Source of the DNA: Candidatus Multivoradales bacterium
Lineage (GTDB): Bacteria; Acidobacteriota; Thermoanaerobaculia; Multivoradales; Multivoraceae
DNA length: 64,000 nt
NCBI GenBank assembly: GCA_965223325.1
Contig: CBDCWI010000001.1
Location: 1,888,001-1,952,000 of the forward strand
Reading direction: 5' to 3'
Shown piece by piece: positions 1-10,024 of the stretch; within the stretch, counting starts at the first letter, position 1, and every line of letters begins with the position of its first letter. The notes below the pieces were generated by a model. That model was not told the origin of the DNA. It worked only from the letters and a program-made list of their open reading frames with translations, and searched no databases. A program made the position numbers and the translations under genes.

Positions 1-1258
1 TTGCACCCATGCTGACGTGGTCTTCCTGACCGAGGCTGGTAGGAATCGAATCGACCGAAGACGGATGGCACAACACCTTGTTCTCAGACACCAGGGCCGC
101 CGCGGTGTACTGCGGAATCATGAAACCCGAGTTCACGCCGGTCTCGCGCATTAGAAGCGTGGGCAGATCGTCGTGTCCGCCAAGTAGAAGAAAGATCCTG
201 CGCTCAGAGACGCTCGCCAACTCGGCCAGCGCAATCGCCGCATAGTCGAGCGCCAGTGCCAGCGGCTGGCCATGAAAGTTGCCGCCGCTGATGATCTCGC
301 CGTCCTCGAACACCAGAGGGTTGTCGGTGACCGAGTTGAGCTCACACTCGATCACCTCGCCGGCATGAGCCAGCGCGTCGCGGCTCGCGCCATGGATCTG
401 CGGAGCGCAGCGCAACGAGTATGGGTCCTGCACCTTGCCGCAGAAACGGTGCGACTCGAGAATCTCGCTTTCCGCCAATAACCTGCGGACGTTCGCCGCG
501 ACTTTTGCCTGGCCAGGATGCGGGCGTATGGCATGCACGCGCTCATCGAATGGTTTGGCACTTCCCCTGAGCGCTTCGAGGCTCATCGCCGCCAGCACGT
601 CGGCGATCTTGACCAGTCGCAGCGCGTTCGAGAGCACCCAGGCACCGTAGGCGCACATGAACTGCGTCCCGTTGATGAGGGCCAGCCCATCTTTTGCTTC
701 GAGCTCGATCGGTGAGAGTCCTGCCCTCCTGAGCACCACGCCTGCGTCGACCGCCCGAGCCGTTTTGCCACTCACGTCCTGTGGGTCGTCCGACCAGAAC
801 TGACCCAGCCCGAGAAGCGGTAGCGCCAGGTGAGCCAAGGGGGCGAGATCTCCCGAGGCACCCAGGCTGCCCTTGTTTGGCACCACTGCATCGAAGCCCA
901 TCCGCCAGTGCGCGAGCAGGCGATCGAAGGTGGTGCCGGAAACCCCGGAGTATCCGAGGCCAAGGGCGTGGATCTTGAACCCCAGCATCAGGCGCGTAAT
1001 CTCGCGTGGCACCGGATCACCCACTCCGACCGCGTGACTCAGGATCAAGTTGCGCTGCAGGCGAGCCAGGTCCTGGTTGGCAATGCGCTGCGACGCCAGG
1101 ATGCCGAAGCCGGTGTTGATCCCGTAGTAGGGGTTGCCATCGTCGAGGTTGCGTTCGACGACTTCGCGCGACGCCGCGACCGGCGACGGGTCGGCTGCCA
1201 GCTGCGCGAGCGAAGCGTCGAGGTCTGCCTCGAGGTGCGCCAACCGGATGGTCGTCAT
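1..1258 (-). CDS. hutH: Histidine ammonia-lyase (3' end runs off the window)
   Basis: Missing from the ORF track because the stop is outside the window. Manual minus-strand reading from ATG 1258 gives MTTIRLAH...YYGINTGFG...LQRNLILSHAVGVG...GSLGASGDLAP (ASG = MIO cofactor)...NSGFMIPQYTAAALVSENK...GQEDHVSMG. Lies directly after hutU. Confidence 0.95.
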   Translation of the reverse strand, partial: MTTIRLAHLEADLDASLAQLAADPSPVAASREVVERNLDDGNPYYGINTGFGILASQRIANQDLARLQRNLILSHAVGVGDPVPREITRLMLGFKIHALGLGYSGVSGTTFDRLLAHWRMGFDAVVPNKGSLGASGDLAPLAHLALPLLGLGQFWSDDPQDVSGKTARAVDAGVVLRRAGLSPIELEAKDGLALINGTQFMCAYGAWVLSNALRLVKIADVLAAMSLEALRGSAKPFDERVHAIRPHPGQAKVAANVRRLLAESEILESHRFCGKVQDPYSLRCAPQIHGASRDALAHAGEVIECELNSVTDNPLVFEDGEIISGGNFHGQPLALALDYAAIALAELASVSERRIFLLLGGHDDLPTLLMRETGVNSGFMIPQYTAAALVSENKVLCHPSSVDSIPTSLGQEDHVSMGA

Positions 1259-1265
1259 GACGGCG

Positions 1266-1301
1266 CTCTCACAGAAGCTCTCACAGGAGCCCTCACAGGA
1301 G
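1266..1301. repeat. Three 12-bp tandem copies of the hutU 3' end/stop codon
   Basis: ctctcacagaag ctctcacaggag ccctcacaggag. On the minus strand TGA occurs at 1295-1293, 1283-1281 and 1271-1269, all in the same frame. Confidence 0.8.
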
Positions 1302-2951
1302 AGGTGTATCGATCGATTTCTCGGCGGCCGCGTCCAGGGCCTCCTGGTATCCGGCATCGGCATGGCGCATGACACCTGTGCCCGGGTCGGCGGTCAGGAC
1401 CCGCTCGACGCGATCGCGGTTCTCGTCGGTCCCGTCGGCGACGATCACCATGCCCGAGTGAATCGAATAGCCGATCCCCACACCCCCACCATGATGCAGC
1501 GAGACCCAGCTCGCCCCGCAGGCGGTGTTGAGCATCGCGTTGAGGAGCGGCCAGTCGGCGATCGCGTCGGAGCCGTCGCGCATGCCTTCGGTCTCGCGGT
1601 TGGGAGAGGCCACCGAGCCCGAGTCGAGGTGGTCACGCCCGATGACCAGCGGTGCCTTGACCTTGCCCGTCTTGACCAGGTGATGAAAGCGCAGGCCGAG
1701 CTCGGCACGCTCACCGTACTCGAGCCAACAAATACGACTCGGCAGACCCTGAAAGGCGACACGGTCACGCGCCTGTTCGATCCATCGCCTGAGATGTTCG
1801 TTGTCAGGAAAAGCGACGAGCACTTCGTCATCGGTGACTGCAATGTCTTGCGGGTCGCCCGACAGTGCTGCCCAACGGAAGGGACCCGAGCCGCGGCAGA
1901 AGAGTGGGCGAATGTACTCGGGCACGAAGCCAGGAATGTCAAAGGCGCGTTTCATACCCCGCCGGTCGGCGACCTGACCGCGCAGGTTGTTGCCGTAGTC
2001 AAAGGTCACCGCCCCGCCCTCTTTGAGCGCCAGCATGGCGTCGACATGGGCCTCCATCGAATCGAGCACCGCGTTCTCGTACCCTTCCGGGTCTTTCGCA
2101 CGCCGAGCCGCGGCGTCGGTAAGCGAATGACCGACCGGTATGTACCCCACCACCAGATCGTGCGCCGACGTCTGATCGGTCAAGACATCGGGAACTACGC
2201 CGCGCTCAACCAGGGCCGGTAGGACTTCCGCGATATTTCCAACCAGGCCGATCGACAGAGCACGACCTTCTTCTTTGGCCGCCAAGACGCGTTCGAGAGC
2301 ATCGTCGAGTTCATGGCACAGGCGGTCGCAGTAGCGGGTTTCGACGCGACGTTGGATGCGCGCCTCGTCGACATCGACGCCGAGAAAGGCGGCGCCATTC
2401 AACGTTGCGGCAAGTGGTTGAGCGCCGCCCATGCCTCCGAGCCCACCGGTGACGACGAGTCGGCCGGCAAGCGTGCCGCCAAAGTGCTGCCGGGCACACT
2501 CGGCAAAGGTCTCGTAGGTGCCTTGCAGAATGCCCTGGGTGCCGATGTAGATCCACGAGCCGGCCGTCATCTGGCCGTACATCGTGAGCCCCATCGCCTC
2601 GAGCCGGCGGAACTCATCCCAGTTCGCCCACCGCGGCACGAGATGGGAGTTGGCGATCAAGACCCGCGGTGCCTGGTCGTGGGTGCGGAACACGCCGACT
2701 GGCTTGCCACTTTGCACGAGCATTGTCTCGTCGTTCTCGAGTCGCTCGAGGGTCTTGGTGATCGCCTCGAACGATTCCCAGTTGCGTGCCGCCTTGCCCG
2801 AGCCGCCGTAGACCACCAGGTCTTCCGGGCGCTCAGCGACCGCCGGGTCGAGGTTGTTCATCAGCATGCGAAGCGCTGCTTCTTGATGCCAACCACGGCA
2901 GCTGATCTTGCTGCCGTGCGGCGCTTGGATCGGCGAATATGAAGAGGCCAT
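1293..2951 (-). CDS. hutU: Urocanate hydratase
   Basis: 552 aa with [58 protein letters not shown] and HHGGGVGIG motifs. Confidence 0.98.
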   Translation of the reverse strand: MASSYSPIQAPHGSKISCRGWHQEAALRMLMNNLDPAVAERPEDLVVYGGSGKAARNWESFEAITKTLERLENDETMLVQSGKPVGVFRTHDQAPRVLIANSHLVPRWANWDEFRRLEAMGLTMYGQMTAGSWIYIGTQGILQGTYETFAECARQHFGGTLAGRLVVTGGLGGMGGAQPLAATLNGAAFLGVDVDEARIQRRVETRYCDRLCHELDDALERVLAAKEEGRALSIGLVGNIAEVLPALVERGVVPDVLTDQTSAHDLVVGYIPVGHSLTDAAARRAKDPEGYENAVLDSMEAHVDAMLALKEGGAVTFDYGNNLRGQVADRRGMKRAFDIPGFVPEYIRPLFCRGSGPFRWAALSGDPQDIAVTDDEVLVAFPDNEHLRRWIEQARDRVAFQGLPSRICWLEYGERAELGLRFHHLVKTGKVKAPLVIGRDHLDSGSVASPNRETEGMRDGSDAIADWPLLNAMLNTACGASWVSLHHGGGVGIGYSIHSGMVIVADGTDENRDRVERVLTADPGTGVMRHADAGYQEALDAAAEKSIDTPLL

Positions 2952-2971
2952 ACGCCGAGTCTACCGATGCA

Positions 2972-4513
2972 CTAGAAGCCCTCGGTGAGGATCGCCAGAA
3001 TCGTGCGGATCCCGTCTTCGAAGTTGCCCAACCTCAGGTTCTCATTCGGGCTGTGCTGGTTGTTGTCGGGGTTGACGGTCGGAACGCTGACGGCCGGCAA
3101 GCCAACCGTGTCGACGAACGGTGAGATCGGAATCGAGCCACCGGCCATGCGCAAGCGAACCGGGGTCTCACCGAACGCACGCTCCATGGCGCTCGTCAGC
3201 CACCGGCCGACGGCGCTCTCGAAGGGCGTGCGAAACGCAGCGTAGCTGATCTCGTACTCGAACGAGGCGAGCAACGGGTACCGCCGACGCTCGTCTTCCG
3301 TCGGTTCGCCGTGGACGAGGTGGTAGCCCTGGTCCTCGATCCAACGCCGCACCAGACCCATCAAGCGCTCGGCGTCACTCTCGGGAACCAGACGCAAGTC
3401 GAGTTCAGCGACCGCGCTCGCTGGGATCACAGTCCGCACTTCGTCGCCGACCCAGGCCGACCGCATGCCGCGCAAGTTGAGCGACGGGTACTGAATCGCC
3501 TCCTGGAGCGTCTCGGCGACCTCGTAGGGGGCCGCGACTCCAATCTCTCGAAGCAACTCGTCCTGGGTTTCGGGAACACCCGCGAGCACCGCGCGCGCCG
3601 CAGCGTCGATCTCGACGCCGTCGTAGAACCCTGGAATCACCACCCGCCCAGAGGCGTCCTTCCACGAAGCAACCAGAGCCGCAAGGCGCTCTGCTGGATT
3701 CGGCGCCCAGTTGCCCCAATGCCCACTGTGCTGCGGCGTGCGCGGCCCGAAGACTCGTAGAGTCACCGTTCCGATGCCGCGCGCCCCAAACGTCAGGGTC
3801 GGCCGGTTGCTGGTGTGGCGTGGGCCGTCGAAGATGACCAGGGCATCGGCTGCCAACTCCTGACGGTAACTCTCGACAGCATCGGGCACGTGCGGCGAAC
3901 CGAGTTCCTCCTCGAAGTCCATGATGACCGCCAGGTCGACAGTGGGCAGAGCCCCTTCGCGCGCGAGCACGTCGAGCGCCGCGAGAAACATCGCCACCGG
4001 CCCCTTGGCATCCGAGGCCGAGCGCGCGAAGACGCGCCAGTCAGGATCGCGCTCCTCGCCGTGAGCCCGACTCCAGGGCAACACCTGCCAGTTCCCTCCA
4101 ACCGCTTCTTGCGCGAGCACTGGCTTCCAGGGGTCTTCCTGCCACCACTCCGTGGCATCGACCGGCTGACCGTCGAGCTGAAGGTAGACGAGGACCCTGT
4201 GCTCGGCACCCGGGTGGGCACGCTCCGCCAGCAAGAGCGGCGGCCCGCCTGTTTCGAGGCGGCGCGTCTTGAAACCGCGCGCGCTAAAGGCCACCTCAGA
4301 CCAGGCGACGTTGTTTTCGATGTGGTCTGTGAAGTGCGCGTCGTTGGGGATCGCCAAGAGTTCGGCGAGCAGGTCCAGGCCGTCGGCCGTCTGCGAACTG
4401 GCGAGCTCGATCAGCTGCTCCCGATTCCACTCCTCGCCCAGCGCAGGAACCGGCGCTCCCACAAAGAGAGCGACGGGCGCCAGCGACATCAGTAGAGAGG
4501 TCCACCGCTGCAT
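2972..4513 (-). CDS. Secreted M20 family metallopeptidase (dipeptidase-like)
   Basis: Signal peptide from MQRWTSLL (ATG 4513). QLDGQP, ARSASDAKGP, DFEEELGS, HSGHWG and NNQHSPNENL motifs. Confidence 0.85.
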   Translation of the reverse strand: MQRWTSLLMSLAPVALFVGAPVPALGEEWNREQLIELASSQTADGLDLLAELLAIPNDAHFTDHIENNVAWSEVAFSARGFKTRRLETGGPPLLLAERAHPGAEHRVLVYLQLDGQPVDATEWWQEDPWKPVLAQEAVGGNWQVLPWSRAHGEERDPDWRVFARSASDAKGPVAMFLAALDVLAREGALPTVDLAVIMDFEEELGSPHVPDAVESYRQELAADALVIFDGPRHTSNRPTLTFGARGIGTVTLRVFGPRTPQHSGHWGNWAPNPAERLAALVASWKDASGRVVIPGFYDGVEIDAAARAVLAGVPETQDELLREIGVAAPYEVAETLQEAIQYPSLNLRGMRSAWVGDEVRTVIPASAVAELDLRLVPESDAERLMGLVRRWIEDQGYHLVHGEPTEDERRRYPLLASFEYEISYAAFRTPFESAVGRWLTSAMERAFGETPVRLRMAGGSIPISPFVDTVGLPAVSVPTVNPDNNQHSPNENLRLGNFEDGIRTILAILTEGF

Positions 4514-4569
4514 GCTCAGAGTCCTTTCGAAATTGAGCTCGGAACGTAGCGCGTTGCACGCTACCACCG

Positions 4570-4596
4570 GGAACCGAAGGGCGAACGGCGGAGTCT
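4570..4596 (+). promoter_or_regulatory. Possible ECF (RpoE-like) promoter upstream of tonB
   Basis: GGAACC-N17-GTCT, about 40 bp before the ATG at 4634. Confidence 0.35.
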
Positions 4597-4633
4597 CACC
4601 CGAGGAGTCGAGGTTCACCCGAAGAGGTGCACC

Positions 4634-5362
4634 ATGTCAAAAGAACTGTCCGTCGAGAGGGAAGCCGAACAGACCACACCACCGTCACGGGGAACGGATC
4701 CGAACCGCCTCACAGTGGCCGAGCAGCTCCTGCTCGAAGACACCTATGATTCGCGCAACTTGCGCCGTGCACTCGTCGCTGCGGCGGTCGCGCATGCGGT
4801 CTTGTTGGTGATGAACTTCCCCAACATCCTGCCCGAACCGATCGTGGAAGCCGAGAAGCCCAAGGTCTACGTCGTCGCGTCCCCGCGCTTCAAGCCGCCT
4901 CCACCGAAACCGGAACAACCGCTGCCCAAGCCGGTCACGCGCCGTGTTCCGGTTCCCGATCCCACGCCAGACGATCCCGAGCCGCTGCGCTTCGACGAAC
5001 CGGTCGAAGTCGAACTCCCCGAGGTCGACCTGGTGTTGGACATGCCAGCGGCGCCTCCGCCGCCCGCCCCTCGGATCCTCACGGTCTCAGGCGAAGTCGA
5101 GGCCCCGGTTGGAATCCACCAACCACCACCCATCTACACCGAGATCGCCCGTCGTACCCGCGTCGAGGGTGTCGTCAGATTGCAGGCGGTCATCGACGAT
5201 CAGGGCCAGGTGAAGAACGTCGAGGTGCTGAAAGGTCTACCGATGGGCCTCACCGAAGAGGCAGTGCGCGCAGTCTCGCAGTGGACGTTCAGCCCAGCGA
5301 CCCTTCGCGGTCGGCCGGTGTCGGTGTACTACACCCTCGCCGTGACCTTCGAACTGCACTGA
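4634..5362 (+). CDS. tonB: Energy transducer TonB
   Basis: TM anchor with AxxxH (AAAVAHAVLL), Pro/Lys/Glu-rich linker, TonB C-terminal domain (PIYTEIARRTRVEGVV...WTFSPA). Confidence 0.9.
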   Translation: MSKELSVEREAEQTTPPSRGTDPNRLTVAEQLLLEDTYDSRNLRRALVAAAVAHAVLLVMNFPNILPEPIVEAEKPKVYVVASPRFKPPPPKPEQPLPKPVTRRVPVPDPTPDDPEPLRFDEPVEVELPEVDLVLDMPAAPPPPAPRILTVSGEVEAPVGIHQPPPIYTEIARRTRVEGVVRLQAVIDDQGQVKNVEVLKGLPMGLTEEAVRAVSQWTFSPATLRGRPVSVYYTLAVTFELH

Positions 5363-5461
5363 AGCCTGCACCCGACGATCAAACTCCACTGGTGCGACGA
5401 ACGGAGCGCGAGGCTTCTTCGGGGCGAACGGAGGAGCGGCCGCCAGACCCTGAGGGGATTT

Positions 5462-6997
5462 CTAGAACGTCGACAGCCCGGTTGCCTCCATGAACCGGTA
5501 GCGCGTCGCGGCCCACCAGGAATCGTCTTCGAACTCCGAGTAGTCGAGCGTGTAGCTAGCGGCGGAGTCGTTGGTCCACAGTCGCTCGAACCAGGCGGTG
5601 ACCTCGAGATCGAAGAAGCCACCCCGCTGGCCCCGCACTTCGACATTGGCTTCGAGGTTGTAGTCGGAAACGTTTCGCCGGGTGAGGTTGGATGATCCGA
5701 GACTCACCAGAACCTCGTCGCCAGCACGAACGATGGTTGCCTTGGTATGGAACTGTTCACCGTGAGTGTCGTACCAGCGCACTTCGAGGTCACCGTCATC
5801 GACCAGCTCGGCAGCCACCGGCCGATTCGGAACGCCGTTCTTCTCGCGACCGAAGGCATCACGATTCGAGTCGAGAATCAACCTCACCCTCGCACCACGT
5901 TGGGCGGCAGCCTCGAGCGCGTTGACGACGCCGCGATGTGCCAGATAGAACATCGCCATGTCGATCGAGTCGCCCCTCCTGGTGCTGTTGATGGCCTCCA
6001 GGAGGGAGCGCACCACCGCGCCCTCGGTCACCACGCGCATGCGCGTTCCAGCCGCCGCGCCTGTGTCCGTCTCAGGAGGCGTGGGTAGCGCGGCCCACTG
6101 CGCTCTGAACCTGCCTTGCGCCGGATCCCAACCAGAGGAGCGCGCAATCGCAAGTTCGCTGGCGAGCTGGTCGAGGACCGCCTCACCAAAGAAGACGAGC
6201 CCGACATTCGAGTGACGGCTGGAAGCATCGTGGGGGTTGGCCGAAGTCACCAGGCCAACAGGAGGGAGTTCAAAGCGACCCGCAACGGCGACCTTTCGAT
6301 GGTTGGCCTTGAAGTTGAGCATGTGCAGGTAGCTGCGTACCGTGGTCTCGTCGCCGGGCTCGAAGGGGTTGGGCACAAAACCACCGCCGCGATCGTTGCC
6401 CAGCCAGGAGAAGGCCCAGCGGTAGACGCTCGAGTACAGCGGGTTCGAGTCCCGCAGATCTCCGAGGTCGGTCAGCACGACGTCGATGTCGTTCCTTCGC
6501 AACGTCTCCAGGCCATGGTGACCCTCGCTACCGTAGACCTCGTTGATCGGGTCGGTGATCAGGAGGATCGGCAGCTCCGGAGAACGCTGGCGGCGTGCGA
6601 CCAGCCGATCGATGAGCTCACCGCTCAGTCGCCGATGAACCGACTCGGGATCACCCGCGAAGTCGTTGATCAGGAAGAAGTCGAGCACCAGGAAGGTTTC
6701 GGCGGTTTCGATGAGCTCGAAGAGGCGATCGAAGATCTCCTGCTCCAAGACCTCTCCCTTCGCGTACGTAACGTCGGCCAAAAAGTCCAGCTCGCCGGGC
6801 CGAACGGGACGCCAGGGGCCTTCGACGTGCGTTCCAGGAGGCATCGGTTTGATGCACTGCGCAACGCCGACGGCGACCGACAGGCCGAGGGCGAGTGCGA
6901 CCAACCGTCTGAGCCATCGACGCCAGCGGGGGCCAGAACTCCGGCCTCCCGCGGCAGAGATCGCGGTGCCTCTCTCCGTACCGAATCGGTCGGTCAT
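5462..6997 (-). CDS. Phospholipase D / cardiolipin synthase-like protein
   Basis: N-terminal TM segment and two HxK motifs (NHRKVAVAG...TSAN; FHTKATIV...GSSNLT...NLEAN). ATGA overlap with the upstream NlpC/P60 gene. Confidence 0.85.
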   Translation of the reverse strand: MTDRFGTERGTAISAAGGRSSGPRWRRWLRRLVALALGLSVAVGVAQCIKPMPPGTHVEGPWRPVRPGELDFLADVTYAKGEVLEQEIFDRLFELIETAETFLVLDFFLINDFAGDPESVHRRLSGELIDRLVARRQRSPELPILLITDPINEVYGSEGHHGLETLRRNDIDVVLTDLGDLRDSNPLYSSVYRWAFSWLGNDRGGGFVPNPFEPGDETTVRSYLHMLNFKANHRKVAVAGRFELPPVGLVTSANPHDASSRHSNVGLVFFGEAVLDQLASELAIARSSGWDPAQGRFRAQWAALPTPPETDTGAAAGTRMRVVTEGAVVRSLLEAINSTRRGDSIDMAMFYLAHRGVVNALEAAAQRGARVRLILDSNRDAFGREKNGVPNRPVAAELVDDGDLEVRWYDTHGEQFHTKATIVRAGDEVLVSLGSSNLTRRNVSDYNLEANVEVRGQRGGFFDLEVTAWFERLWTNDSAASYTLDYSEFEDDSWWAATRYRFMEATGLSTF

Positions 6998-7536
6998 GGA
7001 CTCGGTCGGCGCGCGAATCGCAGCCGCTCGCGCCAGTAGTGACTCTCGTTGACGGCGGTCTCGACGACGCCCTTCGAACTCGAGGCGTGCAACATCAAGA
7101 GCGGTTCCCCTGGACCGGATGACACCAGCCCAACATGGTGCAGCCGCCCGCTGCCGTCAGCAAAGAAGAGCAGGTCGCCTTGCTCGACTTCGTCGAGTGC
7201 CACACGTTCGCCAACCCGTGCCTGCTCCTCGGTGCTGCGCGGCAGCCCGCCTCCTGCACGCTGATAGACGTAGCGGGTAAAGCCCGAGCAATCGAAACCT
7301 CGAGGGTCGGTGCCGCCGAAGGCATAGGGCGTACCGAGGAGAGACTGCGCGACTCCTACGACCGGGGTGAGCGGCAGCGTCGAGGGCAAACGAGCGGTGC
7401 TAGCCGCTGCCCCCTTCCCCGGTGAGCGACTCACCGCCGAGCAGGCGACGACCGCGAAGAGGGCAAACAAGATCAGTGACGCCACGGCGCTGGCCAGCAG
7501 CTCGGCAAAGGCACCACGACGCCGCGGCTCAGGCAC
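6994..7536 (-). CDS. NlpC/P60 (C40) peptidoglycan endopeptidase, probable lipoprotein
   Basis: LGTPYAFGG, FDCSGF, GDLLFF, HHVGL, HAS motifs; VVAC lipobox-like. GTG 7536 chosen as start because it overlaps the upstream stop. Confidence 0.9.
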   Translation of the reverse strand: MPEPRRRGAFAELLASAVASLILFALFAVVACSAVSRSPGKGAAASTARLPSTLPLTPVVGVAQSLLGTPYAFGGTDPRGFDCSGFTRYVYQRAGGGLPRSTEEQARVGERVALDEVEQGDLLFFADGSGRLHHVGLVSSGPGEPLLMLHASSSKGVVETAVNESHYWRERLRFARRPSP

Positions 7537-8008
7537 TGTTTTCACCTCGCTTCGACGCGCCTGAAGCATCGGGACGCCGATGCATCCGGCGCAGCCCTTC
7601 ACTGGCACTGGTCATGGCAACGACGAGCGCACCGACGACCGGCGCGATCAACAGCACCCCCATGCCGAGCGCCTTCTTCAGTCGGGCGGACCGCTCGACT
7701 TCGAAGTAGGCCTCCTCAGGACCCCCCTGCTCGCCCGATCCGGCAGACTCGTCGAACTCAGCCGGCCGAACCTCGCCGTCTGCGAGGTGCCATTCCCCAT
7801 CGAAGTCGGCAAGCAGAGTCCTCGCCCGTTCCACATCCTCACTACTGACCTGTAGCCGCATGCCGCCGATGACCGGAATCAAGAACCAGTTCATGCTCGC
7901 CATCTCCCGATCACAGAGGCTGGCGTCGATGCCTTCCCCACGCAGATAGGCGAGAGCCAGCTCAGCCTGGACTGGATCCTGGAAGCGGGCGATGTTGGTG
8001 AAGGTCAT
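7529..8008 (-). CDS. DUF2007-like (PII-like fold) membrane protein
   Basis: F..P.QAELALAYLRGEGIDA...GGMRLQVSSEDVERARTLL pattern plus a C-terminal TM helix. Confidence 0.75.
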   Translation of the reverse strand: MTFTNIARFQDPVQAELALAYLRGEGIDASLCDREMASMNWFLIPVIGGMRLQVSSEDVERARTLLADFDGEWHLADGEVRPAEFDESAGSGEQGGPEEAYFEVERSARLKKALGMGVLLIAPVVGALVVAMTSASEGLRRMHRRPDASGASKRGENSA

Positions 8009-8034
8009 GGCAAGAACGCCGGCCTGGCCCCGTT

Positions 8035-8415
8035 CTACGGAGCGGCGAAGTGAAACGCGTTGAGCTTGTTGCCGTCGAGGTCCCGGAAGTAGCCGGCGTA
8101 GAAACCGCCGTCACCGCGTGGCCCAGGGGCACCTTCGTCTTTCCCTCCCAGCTCGAGGGCTTTGGCATGGAGGGCGTTGACCTTCTCGACTGAGTCGACC
8201 ATAAGGGCGACCATCACGCCATTGCCAACGGTCGCCGCCTGACCGTCAAACGGACGGGTGACCGACATCCCCGTCGAGCCGGGAGCGGTGGTCCAGGCAA
8301 CGAAGGTGTCCTCTTCTTCCATCATCCGGCCGGCACCAATGACGGCAAACAACTCGTCATAGAAGGCGACCGCGCGCTCGAGATCGTTGGTACCGAGAGT
8401 TACGTATCCGACCAT
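8035..8415 (-). CDS. VOC/glyoxalase family protein
   Basis: MVGYVTLGTNDLERAVAFYD...GNGVMVAL...GGKDEGAPGPR...FYAGYFRDLDGNKL; AAGGAG RBS upstream. Confidence 0.92.
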   Translation of the reverse strand: MVGYVTLGTNDLERAVAFYDELFAVIGAGRMMEEEDTFVAWTTAPGSTGMSVTRPFDGQAATVGNGVMVALMVDSVEKVNALHAKALELGGKDEGAPGPRGDGGFYAGYFRDLDGNKLNAFHFAAP

Positions 8416-8677
8416 TCTTGAAAGCTCCTTGGATTGTTCGTATTCCGCCGCCGGCTCGAGCGTCGCTGATACCCTTTTCGGTAACGCTCCCACGACATTC
8501 GTGATTCCCTGTAGTCAAGCGAGAGGCCCCGCGCCTCTTGTTTGCCTACGAACGTTTCGCCTCCAGCCTAGCGCGCCCGAGGCACGCCCGCCCTGGAGCA
8601 AGGCCCGGGTGTCGTTTCGAGCGCGAGCACCTCTGGCGCACCACCCGGCGCCCTCACCTAGCAGCACGGAGCCACCC

Positions 8678-9826
8678 ATGAAAATCACCCGCCGCCCTGG
8701 CCTCTTGGCTCTTCTGGCGATCCTGGCCACACTGCCCCTCGTGGCCGGCTGTCAAAACGAAACCGGCGCAAGTCCTGACCGCGATGACGCCGCCCGCCCA
8801 GCGGTCACCAAACCCGAGAGCCCACACACGACCGCAACCCATCGCTTCACCGAAGTCGCACCCGACGTGTGGTTCGCCGTCGGTACGGGTTCGATCTTCG
8901 TCCAGAGCAACGCACTGGTGATCGTCAACGAGAACGATGTGGTGGTGGTCGACTCCCACGTCACGCCGGCTGCCGCGCGGGCGCTTCTGGACTCGATCGA
9001 GACGATCACCGAAAAGCCGGTGCGCTACCTCATCAACAGCCACTACCACTTCGATCATGCGCACGGAAACCAGGCGTTCCCAGAGGGCGTGGCGATCGTC
9101 GGTCACCGCTACACCCGCCAGAAGCTTCTCGGCGCGGTTCTCGACGAGCCGACATACAAGACCTTCACCGGTGGCATTCCGGGCGCCGTTGAGGCCATGA
9201 AAGCGCAGCTCGACGGCCTCGAAGGGTCGGAGCGCTCAGAGCTCGAAGACATGATTCGGGTCCAGGAAGCGCATCTCGAGGCGCTCTCTGAAACCCGTCC
9301 GACCCCACCCGACGTCACCATCAGCGAGCACCTCACCATCCACCGCGGTCATCGCAACATCGAGCTGCACTTCCTCGGTCGCGGTCATACGGGCGGCGAC
9401 ATCGTGGTCTATCTGCCGCAAGACGAGATGGTGTTCACCGGCGACCTGCTCCTGCCGTTCCCGTCGTACATGGGCACCGGCTGGGTCAACGAGTGGCCGG
9501 AGACCCTCGATCGGGTGCTGGCACTCGACGCCGAGACCTTCCTACCCGGACATGGTGAGCCTTTTAGCGATCGCGCCCCGGTTGAAGCGTTTCAGGCCCT
9601 CTTGCGAGAGCTCTGGTCGCAAGCCGAGAACCTGCACGGCCAGGGACTGAGCGCTAAAGAGGCGGCGGAGCAGATCGACCTCGAAGAGCAGTTCTCGGCC
9701 TGGAAGGTCAACCCCCTTGGCAGCCTTCCGCCCGAGCAGGTCCTCCAGATCATGACTGTCCAGGTCGCGCGCATCTACGAGCTGCTCGAGAACGACGGCG
9801 AAGACCCCCACGACCCGGTGGGTTGA
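8678..9826 (+). CDS. MBL-fold metallo-hydrolase lipoprotein (cyclase-like)
   Basis: Lipobox VAGC; SHYHFDHAHGN, GHTGGD, FTGD and PGHG motifs. Confidence 0.88.
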   Translation: MKITRRPGLLALLAILATLPLVAGCQNETGASPDRDDAARPAVTKPESPHTTATHRFTEVAPDVWFAVGTGSIFVQSNALVIVNENDVVVVDSHVTPAAARALLDSIETITEKPVRYLINSHYHFDHAHGNQAFPEGVAIVGHRYTRQKLLGAVLDEPTYKTFTGGIPGAVEAMKAQLDGLEGSERSELEDMIRVQEAHLEALSETRPTPPDVTISEHLTIHRGHRNIELHFLGRGHTGGDIVVYLPQDEMVFTGDLLLPFPSYMGTGWVNEWPETLDRVLALDAETFLPGHGEPFSDRAPVEAFQALLRELWSQAENLHGQGLSAKEAAEQIDLEEQFSAWKVNPLGSLPPEQVLQIMTVQVARIYELLENDGEDPHDPVG

Positions 9827-9882
9827 CGCCGTCTGGCGCCGTGCGCCTGGATTCGAATCAACGCCCGGGCTGACCACGCCGA

Positions 9883-9906
9883 GAACCGGGCTGAGACGCC
9901 CGGTTC
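9883..9906. terminator. Hairpin after the MBL gene (no U-tract)
   Basis: gaaccgggc-tgagac-gcccggttc. Confidence 0.35.
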
Positions 9907-9912
9907 GCGACT

Positions 9913-9938
9913 TGAAACAAACGCCTCACGACGTCGTC
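9913..9938 (+). promoter_or_regulatory. SigW/SigM-like ECF sigma promoter
   Basis: TGAAAC-N16-CGTC upstream of 10025; near-identical element at 42450. Confidence 0.65.
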
Positions 9939-10024
9939 TTAAGAGTCAGAGGCCGCAATCGCGGAGCGGCCCCCGAATTGCCAGAGGTGCTTCTAACCTC
10001 GCCGATGAAACCAGGAGAACGGAA

